Positions 1 through 12,849 of a stretch of DNA of 64,000 nt are shown here, piece by piece; position 1 is the first letter of the stretch, and each line of letters begins with the position of its first letter. The stretch covers positions 16,678,001 through 16,742,000 of the forward strand of contig OX597836.1 of NCBI GenBank assembly GCA_951406725.2, written 5' to 3'. The notes beneath the pieces were generated by a model. The model saw only the letters and a list, made by a program, of their open reading frames with translations. It ran no database searches and was not told the origin of the DNA. A program made the position numbers and the translations under genes. The DNA is from Octopus vulgaris. Taxonomy: Eukaryota.

Positions 1-68
<68 letters not shown>

Positions 69-927
69 CTGTGGTGCCCATCTGAATACACTATTGTTCA
101 TGTCTGCCAATTCTTATTAGCAAGGAATTTATGAAAAGACACACAGGCACACACATACGCTCACACATACACACAGGGTTTGATACTGGTAGAAAAGCAC
201 ACACACACACACACACACACACACCAAACACACACCAAACACAGCTTGACACTAACAGAGAAACATGCACACACTCCCACAGCTTGATATTAACAGAAAT
301 GCACACCTGTACACACACACACACAAATACATATATACAATCTACTACAACAAAAAAGAAAGAAACACAAATATATACACACAGATATACACACACTCGT
401 ATATACACACCTGCTTATGTACACACATAAATGCATAAAGTCTGAAAGGAAAGGCAAATACACACTTAAAGCAACCAACCGGCCTTTAAACAAGTGGGAA
501 ATATATATTAGAAGAACATAAACAATCTCTCTCTCTCTCTCTCTTTCTTTCTCTCTCTCTCTCTTTCTAGTTTCTTCATCTTGCCCTCTATCTCCTGTCT
601 TTCTCTTTTCCCCCCTCATTTCTTCCTCCCTCCAGTTCCTATCTTTCTCAACCTCTATCTCCAATTACAACAGAAAGCAAGAAAGCAGTGACCATACTTT
701 CCAGGTGGAAATCTGAAAGGTCACCTAGACTTCCTATCAATGACCTTAACAGGTAGGTGACAAAATCAGTTTGATATTCAAACTGAAATTATCTCAGCCA
801 ATCCCCTTATATGATTCTACAATTGGGATAGGTTTAGCTATAAGGTGGAGAAGAACTTAGAGGGATTAGCAACGCTATGGCTGAGAGAAGATAATCTCAG
901 GGAAGCAGTGTTCTTTCCTCCTGTCAA

Positions 928-1773
928 CCCTTTAGCATTCAGATTATGCATACCTTTCCTTCTTGTGACACAAACCCTACTTGTGAAGACCTGTTGAGGC
1001 AAGTGAAAATCAAAATCAAAATCAAAATCAAAATCGATCAACATCAATGGAAATCGTAGCTGTGATACCAGTGCCGGTGGCACGTAAGAGAACCATCCAA
1101 ACGTGGCTGTTGCCAGCGCCGCCCCGACTGGCCTCCGTGCCGGTGGCACGTAAAAAGCACCATCCGATCATGGCCATTTGCCAGCCTCATCTGGCCCCCA
1201 TGCCGGTGGCACGTAAAAAGCACCATCCGATCGTGGCCATTTGCCAGCCTCGTCTGGCCCCCATGCCGGTGGCACGCAAAAAGCACCATCCGATCGTGGC
1301 CATTTGCCAGCCTCGTCTGGCCCCCATGCCGGTGGCACGTAAAAAGCACCATCCGATCGTGGCCGTTTGCCAGCCTCGTCTGGCACCTGTGCAGGTGGCA
1401 CGTAAAAAGCACCCACTACACTCACGGAGTGGTTGGCGTTAGGAAGGGCATCCAGCTGTAGAAACACTGCCAGATCAGACTGGGCCTGGCGCAGCCTACT
1501 GGCTTCCCAGACCCCAGCTGAACCGTCCAACCCATGCTAGCATGGAAAACAGACGTTAAACAATGATGATGATGATTATTTTGTCAAATTCAATGCTTAT
1601 TTATTCATATTGTGTTGAATTAAATGTGCGTTATCTCATAGCTCAAACTTTTGATGTTGTGATTGTATATTTTTAGAATGAGACTGTAGGGTAGGTGTGA
1701 GAGGCTGGATCTGGTTGGTTTGAACAGGTAGAATGTTTTGGCCAGAAATAGCCTGTTTAAATGCTATAAAAGG
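928..1773. mobile_element. TTAA-type (piggyBac-like) MITE family A, interrupted by an RTE 3' end
   Basis: Ends ccctttagcatt...aatgctataaaagg-ttaa. The same ends and body recur at about 6454, 21068 and 32160-32490. Confidence 0.6.
948..1575 (+). mobile_element. RTE LINE 3' UTR fragment with 63-bp internal tandem repeats and (GAT)n tail
   Basis: Homologous to 61130-61510, which lies downstream of RT-like coding sequence. Units start at about 1138, 1201, 1264, 1327 and 1390. Confidence 0.8.
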
Positions 1774-1814
1774 TTAAATACATGTAGGTTAAGATCTTAG
1801 GTATATAAACTAGT

Positions 1815-2030
1815 CAGAAACGTTAGCACGCCGGGCGTAATGCTTAGCAGTATTTCGTCTGCCGCTACGTTCTGAGTTCAAATTCTGCCGAGGTCGACTT
1901 TGCCTTTCATCCTTTCGGGGTCGATAAATTAAGTACCAGTTATACACTGGGGTCAATATAATCGACTTAATGCGTTTGTCTGTCCTTGTTTGTCCTCTCT
2001 GTGTTTAGCCCCTTGTGGGCAGTAAAGAAA
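1815..2030 (+). mobile_element. tRNA-derived SINE family 2 with 17-bp TSD
   Basis: B-box-like gagttcaaattc; core gccgaggtcgactttgcctttcatcctttcggggtcgataaa. TSD taggtatataaactagt at 1798-1814 and 2031-2047. Confidence 0.85.
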
Positions 2031-3127
2031 TAGGTATATAAACTAGTGGAGTGATCATTTTTGATTAACCGAGATAATGCACACAACTAGTAGACAAAAG
2101 CTCCCTCTCAATGGTTTTGGGTTCAATCTCACAGCTCAGTACCTTGTTCTACAATAGCCCTGGGCCAATCAATCCTATATGAGTTAACTTGGTAGACAGA
2201 AACTGCTTGGAAGCTTGTCAATCATGCATACATACACACACACATACATGATGATGGCCGTCCACTTGTGACCAAATGGTGGTGGTGGTGGTGGTAGTGG
2301 TGGTAGTGGTGGTAGTGGTGATGATGATGATGATGTCATAATTAAATTATAATTAAATTATACATTATGCACTTTACTGTGTTCTGTTAGTCACTTGATT
2401 GCCCCAGTTTCTGGGAAAAATCGTCTTTCATGAATCCTGCTCTGTGAGGCAAAAAAATGGTTGGGAACTGCCGATATACAAGACTATATTAATATGTTAC
2501 GTGTCCTTCCTTTGCTAGAGTGATTTCAGGGAAATTCACTGTTGTTTCTAGTAAATTGAACAGCCACGTAGAGACTGCATTGTTGGCTTGACTGCTATTG
2601 CTGATATTGTGATTGTTGTTGTTGTTGTTGTTGTTGTTATTGTTGTTATTGCTATTACAGCATTTCTATTTTAAGTATCAGCTTGTTTTAAGTATACCTC
2701 CCTAGCAACGGTAATAACAACAACAACAACAACAACAACACTAAATTTCCCCTTGGTTATTTTTGAGAGCGCAAATTGTTGAGACTATCCTTAAAATCCA
2801 AACTATTGCACCATTGACTGAAATCAGAACATACAGCCTTCCGGAACAACTTATTTACGCTTTTATTTTTTAGTTTTATTGTTTTATTTGGACTTTTATT
2901 TTTCAAGAACATTCCACTTCAACAACTGAAAGGAATTCAAAAACAATGACTACAAAAATAATAACGAAAGAAATTCATAAACAATAACGACAATTAATAA
3001 TAACGACAATGATGATTATTCTTTTTTTCTTTTACTCGTTTCGGTCATTAGACTGTGGCCATGCTGGGGCACCAGATTGAAGAAGTTTTAGTCGAATGAA
3101 TCGACCCCAGTACTTGTTTTATGTTTT

Positions 3128-4436
3128 TAAGCTGGTATATATTCTATCAGTATCTTTTGCTGAACCGCCAAGTTACAGGGACATAAACACACTAACACAG
3201 GTTGTCAAGTGGTGGTGGTGGTGGTGGGGGACAAACACAAAGACACACACACACGGCCTTAGTTTGTTATAATAATAAAAACAATTCTGATAAGCTGGTC
3301 TATATTCTATCAGTATCTTTTGCTAAACCGCCAAGTTACAGGGACATAAACACAGTAACACAGGTTGTCAAGTGGTGGTGGTGAGGGACAAGTACAAACA
3401 CAAAGACACACACACACACGGTCTTAGTTCATTATAATAATAAAAACAATTCTGATAAGCTGGTATATATTCTCTCAGTATCTTTTGCTGAACTACTAAG
3501 TTACAGGGACATAAACACAGTAACACAGGTTGTCAAGTGGTGGTGGTGGGGGACAAGTACTAACACAAAGACACATACACACGGCCTTAGTTCATTATAA
3601 TAATAAAAACAATTCTGATAAGCTGGTATATATTCTATTAGTATCTTTTGCTGAACCGCTAAGTTACAGGGACATAAACACACTAACACAGGTTGTCAAG
3701 TGGTGGTGGTGGGGGACAAGTACAAACACAAAGACACACACACACACGGTCTTAGTTCATTATAATAATAAAAACAATTCTGATAAGCTGGTATATATTC
3801 TCTCAGTATCTTTTGCTGAACCACTAAGTTACAGGGACATAAACACACTAACACAGGTTGTCAAGTGGTGGTGGGGGGACAAGTACAAACACAAAGACAC
3901 ATACACACGGCCTTAGTTCATTATAATAATATAAACAATTCTGATAAGCTGGTATATATTCTATTAGTATCTTTTGCTGAACCGCTAAGTTACAGGGACA
4001 TAAACACACTAACACAGGTTGTCAAGTGGTGGTTGGGGGACAAGTACAAACACAAAGACACATACACACGGCCTTAGTTCATTATAATAATAAAAACAAT
4101 TCTGATAAGCTGGTATATATTCTATTAGTATCTTTTGCTGAACCGCTAAGTTACAGGGACATAAACACACTAACACAGGTTGTCAAGTGGTGGTGGTGGG
4201 GGACAAGTACAAACACAAAGACACATACACACGGCCTTAGTTCATTATAATAATAAAAACAATTCTGATAAGCTGGTATATATTCTATTAGTATCTTTTG
4301 CTGAACCACTAAGTTACAGGGACATAAACACACTAACACAGGTTGTCAAGTGGTGGTGGTGGGGGGGGACAAGTACAAACACAAAGACACACACACACGG
4401 CCTTAGTTCATTATAATATAAAAAACAATTCTGATA
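3128..4436. repeat. SINE-derived minisatellite, about 163 bp x 8
   Basis: The aagctggt anchor recurs at about 3129, 3292, 3458, 3620, 3785, 3947, 4108 and 4270. Confidence 0.92.
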
Positions 4437-4502
4437 ATTATGTCATTATTAACCAATGAAAGACAGAATCTCTCAAGAGTAGAAACTTTGATTCTTACTT
4501 AC

Positions 4503-4608
4503 CATCTTCCAGTTTGCCATTCATATCAAGCAATCTTCCTTTAGCAGTGTAGAGGGACTTAATCTCATCCTGGAGATTAGTGTTCTCTTTAATGATACGT
4601 AGAAATGC
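4503..4608 (-). CDS. Candidate exon of the same unidentified gene
   Basis: ctttatttag|...|gtaagt, 106 nt: AFLRIIKENTNLQDEIKSLYTAKGRLLDMNGKLED. It is a unique-sequence island among repeats with strong splice sites. Confidence 0.6.
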
Positions 4609-4821
4609 CTAAATAAAGTATATAAATATGTGTGTGTGTGTGTGTGTGTGTGAGAAAGGTTGAGTTCAATTAGAACATTTTTGCTTTGTGATGGTTCAAA
4701 GTTAGATTTCTAATAAAGATTCTTCATATTAAAATTGTAGCTTTTTAATATAAGTATTTATTTTAAAAAATATGAAAATTTAACAAGTATAAGGTGTGTT
4801 ATGAGCATTTATAGGATATAA

Positions 4822-5641
4822 TCTCTATATATATAAACGGGAAAATGTCTGTGTGTGTGTCCTTTATACAAATCCACAATTTTTCAGTTAGAGGGCTCGC
4901 ACTTTCTATGGTCATTCAAAACCATCCAAGGGTGGTCGTGCACATCTTTACATTTCCCCAGTCACCCTGCAAAGCCATTAAAAAATCAATAGAAGTGACT
5001 TTTTTGTGAATTTTCTATCCAAAACCCAATCAAAATGCCTGAAACTTGATACGCCAATTGAATACCAGCTAGCTGTATGTGATTGGTTGGAGATTTGGTC
5101 AGTACTCGCGTGTATGTGTGCACGCACGCAGCTGTATATGCATGCACTAGTACTATGAACCAGCGTTGCTGAGTCATAGTGCTCGTCCTATATAAACTCA
5201 ACTAACAATTAAAGATGGAGAAGAGAAAATGTTAAAAGTTTTATAAAATTTTAATCCATGCAAACAATCATTTCAAATAACACCAGCATGTATGAAACAT
5301 GGAAAAAATTAAATTAATTATAATTATAATTAAACTAATTAGGTGCAAGAATGACTGTGTGGTTGAGAAGTTTTTGTTTCCCAACTACATGGTTCAACAT
5401 TCTGTCCCTCTGCATGATACCTTGGTCAAGTGTTTTCTACTGTAGCCCACAAACTTGTGACTGAATTTGGTAGATGGAAACTGCAGCGTTGCTCATCAGA
5501 AAATGATTGAAAAACATGTTTACAAAGAAGAGTTGTTTGCTTCATACAGCTCATGTCCCGATTCTGCCCATAAGAAAGGAACAAATAATACAATGTGGCT
5601 GTAGGTCATAACACCTGGGCAACACCGGGGTGCATCACTAG
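4822..5641 (+). mobile_element. Non-autonomous Helitron
   Basis: A|TCTCTATATATATAAA 5' end. Subterminal cctgggcaacaccgggg (degenerate hairpin) and CTAG|T 3' end, no TSD. A SINE fragment is nested at about 5341-5480. Confidence 0.65.
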
Positions 5642-6496
5642 TCTTTGATATTCTTAAAAACAGAGAAACCTACATTCAGTTAAGTGTTCTATGTACATTA
5701 CAATACAGAGTTATATTTAATTTATTCATAGTTTATCTCTTTGTGATCAGCGTATCATAGAGAGATAAACTCTATGAATAAATTATGATCATATGTGTGT
5801 GTGTGTGAATTATGTCAAGAAAAAGCCATCATAGCCTTTAAGAACTCACAAAATCTATTTTATTCACTTTTTATTTATTTTCTATTCAGGTGTGAAAATT
5901 TCCATCACACATCCATCGCCGTTCACTGACACAAATCCAGGTCTCTGTGCTCTAGGTTCAAACTCCACTAAGATTAATTTTCCTCCTTTCAGGATTCAAG
6001 GTTGATAAAGCAAAGTACCTGTCTGGGACCATGGATAAGTGAAATTCTTAAATGAGATACCTTGTGATATTTATTCCATCTGTTTGCAATTCTGAGTTTT
6101 TGGGGTGGGTACTTAACTTGGACTGCTTCTACCAAGGCTTCAAAACCAAGTCCCCAATTTGAGGACCTTTTTCTCTTCTTCCTACATGTTTCCCTGAAAC
6201 CAACCCTCACCTGTTTCCAAGCAAGGTAATAACCCTTTTCTGCTATAGTCACAAGGCCTGAAATTTTATGGGGAGAGACTAGTTGATCACATCAACACCA
6301 GTTCTCAACAGGTAATTATTTTATCAACCCCCAAAAGGATGAAAGACAAAATTGACCATGGCAGAATTTGAACTCAGAACATAAGGGGCCAGAAGAAATG
6401 CTACAAAGCATCTTTTCTGGTATGCTAACAATTCTGCCAGCTTCTTGTCTTAACCCTTTAGCATTCAGATTACTCTGTCAAATATAATGCTTATTT

Positions 6497-6681
6497 ACTC
6501 TTTTACTCTTTTACGTGTTTCAGTCATTTGACTGTGGCCATGCTGGAGCACTTATTCTTTGTAAGCCCAGTACTTATTCTATTGGTCTCTTTTGCCAAAC
6601 CGCTAAGTGACGGGGACGTAAACACACCATCATCGGTTGTCAAGCAATGCTAGGGGGACAAACGCAGACACACAAACACAC

Positions 6682-6748
<67 letters not shown>

Positions 6749-6812
6749 CACATATATACGACAGGCTTCTTTCAATTTCCGTCTACCAAATCCACTCACA
6801 AGGCATTGGTAG
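6497..6812 (-). mobile_element. SINE family 1, partial
   Basis: Matches the full copy at 8160-8567 and carries the internal (TA)/(CA) tract. Confidence 0.8.
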
Positions 6813-7026
6813 CCCTGAAAGAAACACAAAGCATCTCAAAATAAATACAGTAACGAAAGGGTTAATGTTGAAATATTTATCACAAATAGTGAATCAGAAG
6901 CTTTCTTGTTTTTTGTGTTTATTTTTCTGGGTTTTTTTTTTGTCACACCCTTTATATACGGTGGGGTGATGCTCAATTACAAATGGGACATGATATTAAA
7001 ACATGTATATATAAATTTTTTATCTT

Positions 7027-7562
7027 ATATTTGTTTCAGTCATTTAATAGCAGCTATGCTGGGGCACCACCTTGAAAGGTTTTAGTGGAGCAAATCAACC
7101 TGGGGACATTTTTTTTTAAGCATAGCACTTATTTTTTTATTGGTGTTTTTTTGCCAAACCACTAAGTTACAGGGACATAAACACACCAACATCAGTTGTC
7201 AAGCAGTGGTGGGAGACAAACACAGACACAGACATGCACACACACACACACACACATATCTATATATACGCTTATTCTATCTGTCTCTTTTGCCGAACTG
7301 TTAAGTTACGGGGACGTAAACACACCAGCATTGGTTGTCAGGCGATGTTGGGGGGACAAACACAGACACACAAACATACACACACAGAAACACACACACA
7401 CACATGTCTGACAGGCTTCTTTCAGTTTCCATTGACCAAATCCACTCACAAGTCTTTTGCTGTCCCAAGGCTATAGTAGATGACATTCAACCAAGATACG
7501 ACTCAGTTGGGACTGAACCCTGAACCATATAGTTGGGTAGCAAGCGTCTTATCACACACCCA
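7027..7562 (-). mobile_element. SINE family 1, diverged or composite copy
   Basis: Two overlapping middle segments plus a head segment. Confidence 0.7.
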
Positions 7563-8159
7563 CGAAATATCTTCTTATGCACTATAAGACGATATTTGAA
7601 GCATATTTTCCTACATATATAACAATGTCCCCCATACATTTCAAGTCAACGACTACGACAAAGGTAAAAGAAAGAAAAGAAAGGGGAAGGAAATAAGGGG
7701 GTGGGATGGGTGTAATGGAATAGAAACTTCCATAAACTTGTACAAACTGAATGAACTGAACTTGAATGTGACTAACAAACCGTGACGATTTTGACACCTC
7801 CAGAAATAAAAAGGATATAACAGATTATGTGTGTTTTCGTTTAAATGGCTCTGATGGTTCTTTCACGATGTAATCGCTTTAGTTTCAGATTAACACACTT
7901 GTCAAGACAACAATTTCGATATTATGGGTATGTATGTATGTATGTATGTATGTATGTGTATGTATGTGTGTGTGTATGTATGTATTTATGTATGTATGTA
8001 TGTATGTATGTATGTCATTATTCAGTTTTATTTCAAGATTTCTTGCCAACAGAGAAAGAACCAGTTTCTAACCTAGATCCATTGGAATTTCAACAACATC
8101 AATAGGGTATTTTTGTATGTATGTATGTATGTATGTGTATGTATGTATGTATGTATATA

Positions 8160-8567
8160 CTCTTTTACTCTTTTACTTATTTCAGTCATTTGACTGTGGC
8201 CATGCTGGAACACCGCCTTTAATCGAGCAAATCGACCCCGGGACTTATTCTTTTGTAAGCCCAGTACTTATTCTATCAGTCTCTTTTGCTGAACCGCTAA
8301 GTGATGGGGACATAAACACACTAGCATCGGTTGTCAAGCAATGCTAGGGGACAAACACAGACACACAAACACACACACGCATATATATATATATACATAT
8401 ATACGACGGGCTTCTTTCAGTTTCCATCTACCAAATCCACTCACAAGGCTTTGGTCGGCCCGAGGCTATAGTAGAAGACACTTGCCCAAAGTGCCACACA
8501 GTGGGACTGAACCCGGAACCATGTGGTTGGTAAACAAGCTACTTACCACACAGCCACTCCTGCGCCT
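8160..8567 (-). mobile_element. tRNA-derived SINE family 1, full length
   Basis: Minus-strand head ggcgcaggagtggctgtgtggtaag (A box)...gggttcagtccc (B box), CORE-like tttgggcaagtg, internal microsatellite, (gtaaaaga)n tail. Confidence 0.88.
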
Positions 8568-8660
8568 GTACAGATTTGTATATTTTGTATTATGTAAGTA
8601 TTCTCATGCTTATAGTTGCATGTCTAGACATGCTCATAATACATGTATGTATGTATGTAT

Positions 8661-9199
8661 TGTCAGGTCACTTTCGAGTGCTACTGGTAACATGTAACCC
8701 AGTACAACCTGTTGCATGGTCAGGTTGTCGGCGACTAAACCGACAACCCCACCAAGCTTGCTTGGTGAGGAGGGTGTTTACTGGACATCCTGCGGGATGA
8801 AAAACAAAAACCCGTCAAAGGGCGGTTGAACTCTTGAGAGTCAACGGCCATCCAATAAATGTCTTAAGGCTGTATCATGCGCAGGGACATAGAAATAATC
8901 GGATTGAATACCCGATCGCCCGGTTAAACCATTGGGAGTGAAGGACTCCTAGCCTCTGTTAGGGCATCCTTCTAGGAGAAGGTTACTCAGGTAACTGGGA
9001 TAACTCCGACATAAAACCCGCGGTTCAGTGGTTACCGATGATGTTGACTTGTTCTTCTTTTCGGATTATGGCTGCTGTTGCTTAGTGAGTGGGATTGACT
9101 CAGTGCACAGCCTTTCCTCACTGCACAGGCATTGCACAATAACAACATTGATTAAGCTTCGTGCAATGGCCATACTCGATAACGAGGGGGCAGCCACCA
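8661..9199 (+). mobile_element. Short non-autonomous RTE-derived (bipartite) retroelement
   Basis: GC-richer, hairpin-rich block. It has the RTE 5'UTR-like ctaggagaagg motif and an RTE-like 3' stem ctcgataacgag-ggggcagcc, and is flanked by (atgt)n. Confidence 0.45.
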
Positions 9200-9454
9200 T
9201 GTATGTATTTATGCATGTATCTATGTATATATGTACACACCTACCTGTGAATGTTTGTATGTAGTATGTGGGGGGTGGGGACATTTTATATATAAGCTTT
9301 TAGAAGCACTAAGTGTATTGGCATTTTACAGTCAAGAAAGTAAATTTCAAACGCATTCAACTTCAGAAGACGGAAAATAAAGTTGCCACTAGGCAACTAG
9401 ATTGTCAACTAGATAATGGCTAGGAGATAACAGTTTACTCAAAGTAGCCAGCCT

Positions 9455-9745
9455 CGGCCTCAGACCGACCAAAGCCTTGTGAGTGGATTTGGTAGACGGA
9501 AACTGAAAGAAGCCCGTCGTATATAAGTATGTGTGTGTGTGTGTTTGTACCAATATCGCTTGACAACCGATGCTGGTGTGTCTACGTCCCCGTAACATAG
9601 CGGTTCGGCAAAAGAGACCGATAGAGTAAGTAGTAGGCTTACAAAGAGTAAGTCCTGGGATCGATTTGCTCGACTAATAGGCGGTGCTCCAGCATGGCCA
9701 CTCTCAAATGACTGAAACAAGTAAAAGAGTAAAAGCGTAAAGAGT
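9455..9745 (+). mobile_element. SINE family 1, 5'-truncated
   Basis: Reverse complement of the 8160-8465 segment. Confidence 0.8.
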
Positions 9746-9876
9746 ATATACATATATATAAATATATATACGCACATATACATACAGCACACACATGCGT
9801 ATATATGTGTGCGTGTGCATATAAACACAAACACACTCCCACTCACACAGAGTATGTATATATTACAAAACATTGA

Positions 9877-10053
9877 CGGCGAGCTGGCAGAAACGTTACT
9901 TTCCGAGTTCAAATTCCGCCGAAGTCGACTTTGCCTTTCATCCTTTCGGGGTCGATAAATAAAGTACCAGTTACGCACTGGGGTTGATGTAATCGACTTA
10001 ATCCGTTTGTCTGTCCTTGTTTGTCCCCTCTATGTTTACCCCCATAAAGAAAT
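9877..10053 (+). mobile_element. SINE family 2
   Basis: Head ggcgagctggcagaaacgtta with the family core and tail. Confidence 0.8.
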
Positions 10054-10389
10054 AATATTACAAAATATAATGACATACAACAGTCAAGATATATTTTGTC
10101 CATTCACCATTATTAACGCCGCTATAGTTAAAGATTACCCTGCAAAGTCATTATACGTTGTTGCTTCTTTAAAAAATAATTTTTATTCCTCATTAAATTT
10201 GATATCTCATTAAAAAATAGGGAATCGGAGTTTGTCCTTAAAATATAGGACACAAGATTTTGTAATATTTGGGGGGAAATCGTATAACGGGCTTTACGCC
10301 TAAATATCTTTGAAAACCATTGACTAACAACATTTTTGTGTGTTTGTACGGATAGATATTTATAAACTTGTTACAATACTGTACTGTAC

Positions 10390-10517
10390 CTGATAATAAT
10401 GGTCAGATTGTTTTACAAACTCGTCTAATTTCTGGTTCTGAACAGCCAAGCTTTCATTACGACTGAACGCCATTATCGTCTGCTTCTTCAATAAAATGTG
10501 TTGTTGGCTTTTATCGT
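10390..10517 (-). CDS. Candidate exon of an unidentified (coiled-coil-like) gene
   Basis: tagttttcag|...|gtacag, 128 nt and fully open: DKSQQHILLKKQTIMAFSRNESLAVQNQKLDEFVKQSDHYYQ. Its phase-0 end joins the exon at 4608. Confidence 0.5.
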
Positions 10518-10647
10518 CTGAAAACTAAATTTTGGAATTTATATCGTTATTTATTTTTTAGTTAAACTGGAAGTGTTCTTATGGAATTTGAATTTGAAAT
10601 CTTTCATTTAGATTTTGTTTTTATTTCATTAAAAAAAAGTTAACTCG

Positions 10648-10689
<42 letters not shown>

Positions 10690-10836
10690 GCTGACATAGA
10701 ACCAACGTTGAACCCTTTATTTGCAATATTACCGAATCTGGAACTTAACTATGGTCTGTCTATAGCACTTATTCAGCATTACCTGACACCTTTGGGTCTC
10801 CATGACATCATTATCTCTTATAACCTCAACTTCTCG

Positions 10837-10896
<60 letters not shown>

Positions 10897-11074
10897 ATAC
10901 AAACACAAAAATGTTAGCTAGTGGTTTTCAAAGTTATTTTGACATAAAACCCGTATATACGATTTTTTCAAAATTTACAAAACCCCATGTCTATATTTTA
11001 AGGACAAACTCCGATTTCCTCATCTTGAATGGGATATTAAGTGAAATAAAAATTATCTTTTAAGAAACAACATA

Positions 11075-11258
11075 CGCGGTCTGATCAATAAGTACCCGGA
11101 CTGTTGCCATAGTAACGAAGCTAAAGCACGCAGAGAAAAGCCGCTTGGCACAAATTGACCTTGAACTCCGCTGTGCATGTGCACTAAGTTTTAACGTTCT
11201 AGCTCACTTCTGCTGTTTACAGCAATGCTTGGAAGGAAGGTGTGTAGAGTGTGATCGT
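11075..11258 (+). mobile_element. Mariner-type transposon left end
   Basis: TA|cgcggtctgatcaataagt resembles a mariner TIR. No right end is seen. Confidence 0.5.
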
Positions 11259-11919
11259 AAAAGTATTTTCTAGAAATACTTTTTAGATGTAGAATATGAT
11301 TATATCGGAATTTAAAGGGAAACAATATTTGATGGTCGCACACATACATGCTGACATCGCATATCTACAAAATGAAACTTGAAATTTTGAAAAAAAAATT
11401 GTGGTGTGCATCAGTATATATGTATGAATACCCACCATTTTTGTTCCACATTAAATTCCGATATAAGCGTAATCTACACAACCTGAGAAGTAATTATAGA
11501 AAATTTCATTAAAACATATCCATTTTTCTGGCAGTTGTGAGGAAACAAAGTCGATGGGGGAATTACACTTCTATAAATATGCCTAAACGATTGATGCTAT
11601 ACGTTCACAAAGTCTTGCTTTCATATTCTGCAGAGGGGAAAAAGTAGTTTTTACACTTCAAGAATTAACTAGAGTATAAAATAGGCTAGCAATGTGTGAG
11701 ATAAGAGCAAAATAAATGAGTCCATTCATAAATATTATTACGTCAGTAAATTTCTAACTGCCATATGTTTGAATGAAACATTCTATACTTCCTATCTGCA
11801 AATTTTTCCTTCGTATTCCGTCCAGAAAAATCTAATCATTTTTACTCATCAAGAATTAACTTCAATTAAAGGCAAGTTATGAATTACTAAACCAAACAAA
11901 TACATCCGTTTTTCGACAA

Positions 11920-11960
<41 letters not shown>

Positions 11961-11963
11961 TCC

Positions 11964-12029
<66 letters not shown>

Positions 12030-12849
12030 CGCTTTCTCTCTCACTCACTCACTCAAAGGGAAGATCGATCCCCTGCCTGTAATTTATTGCTCCTTTAGTC
12101 CAACCCGACAGAATTTGACCACGGAGCTTAAAAAGACGAAATTATGCTGTATTTATTCAGAGATACTGGTCGATAAATCAAAATGTACTCATGTCTAGTA
12201 CATTTATAAATGCCAAAGTTTACTGTCAACAGATTTTGGTCCTTCGTTGTTGAAATTGACGAAAACTCAGGATTAGCTCGTATACTTGGCCTGGTATGAC
12301 CAAGCGTGGCCAATTAAGCTAATATTGGTTAATCCAAGTCAACGAAAAAAACCTCTACGTTATGGCACTATGTGCTAGAATTAACTAATGAAACCCCCTT
12401 AAATTCTTTTAAAAGGAAGAACTCGTACAGCAATCAGAATACACCGTATCTGATAAGGAGTGGGAAAATATAGTCACAGCTATAATATCTTGTGTCATAT
12501 CAGCTATTTGACCATTTACCCGTCCTGTGTATCACACGTAATACACAAGACATATTCCTCTAGTATCCATACATTATATGCAATATACATTCGCATTTTT
12601 TTGTTTCAACCACCAGAGTAACTTGGAATTATTGATGGAAATGAGAGCGTTGTATTACTTTGAACATATGAAACAGAAACCATCTAAAAGTCTGAAAATA
12701 ATCCTGAACATTAAGGACAAACTTATGAAAATGCTTTTGACAGGGCAAGAGTTATTCATCACCACCACTACCACCATTAACAACAATAAATTTCATAAAT
12801 TTTGCTTCTGTCGACATCATAAATTTGGAAAGAGAGAGTCACTGCTTCC

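Noticed and set aside
69-103. Possible next exon of the second gene (DMNNSVFRWAPQ, phase-compatible)
   Set aside because: Poor polypyrimidine tract, weak donor, and too short to support.
1044-1530. Repetitive ORFs on both strands
   Set aside because: They arise from the 63-bp (multiple of 3) repeat in the RTE 3' UTR.
4503-4608. Doublecortin (DCX) domain call for the exon (LYT..G+L...LED resembles DCX)
   Set aside because: No flanking DCX exons were found (no NGD or YVA.G segments), and the in-frame upstream exon reads as coiled coil. Left unassigned pending an HMM search.
5720-5783. Short AT-rich hairpin (about 22-bp arms) as a pre-miRNA
   Set aside because: Very AT-rich with a long loop and no recognisable miRNA family. 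More likely a MITE remnant.
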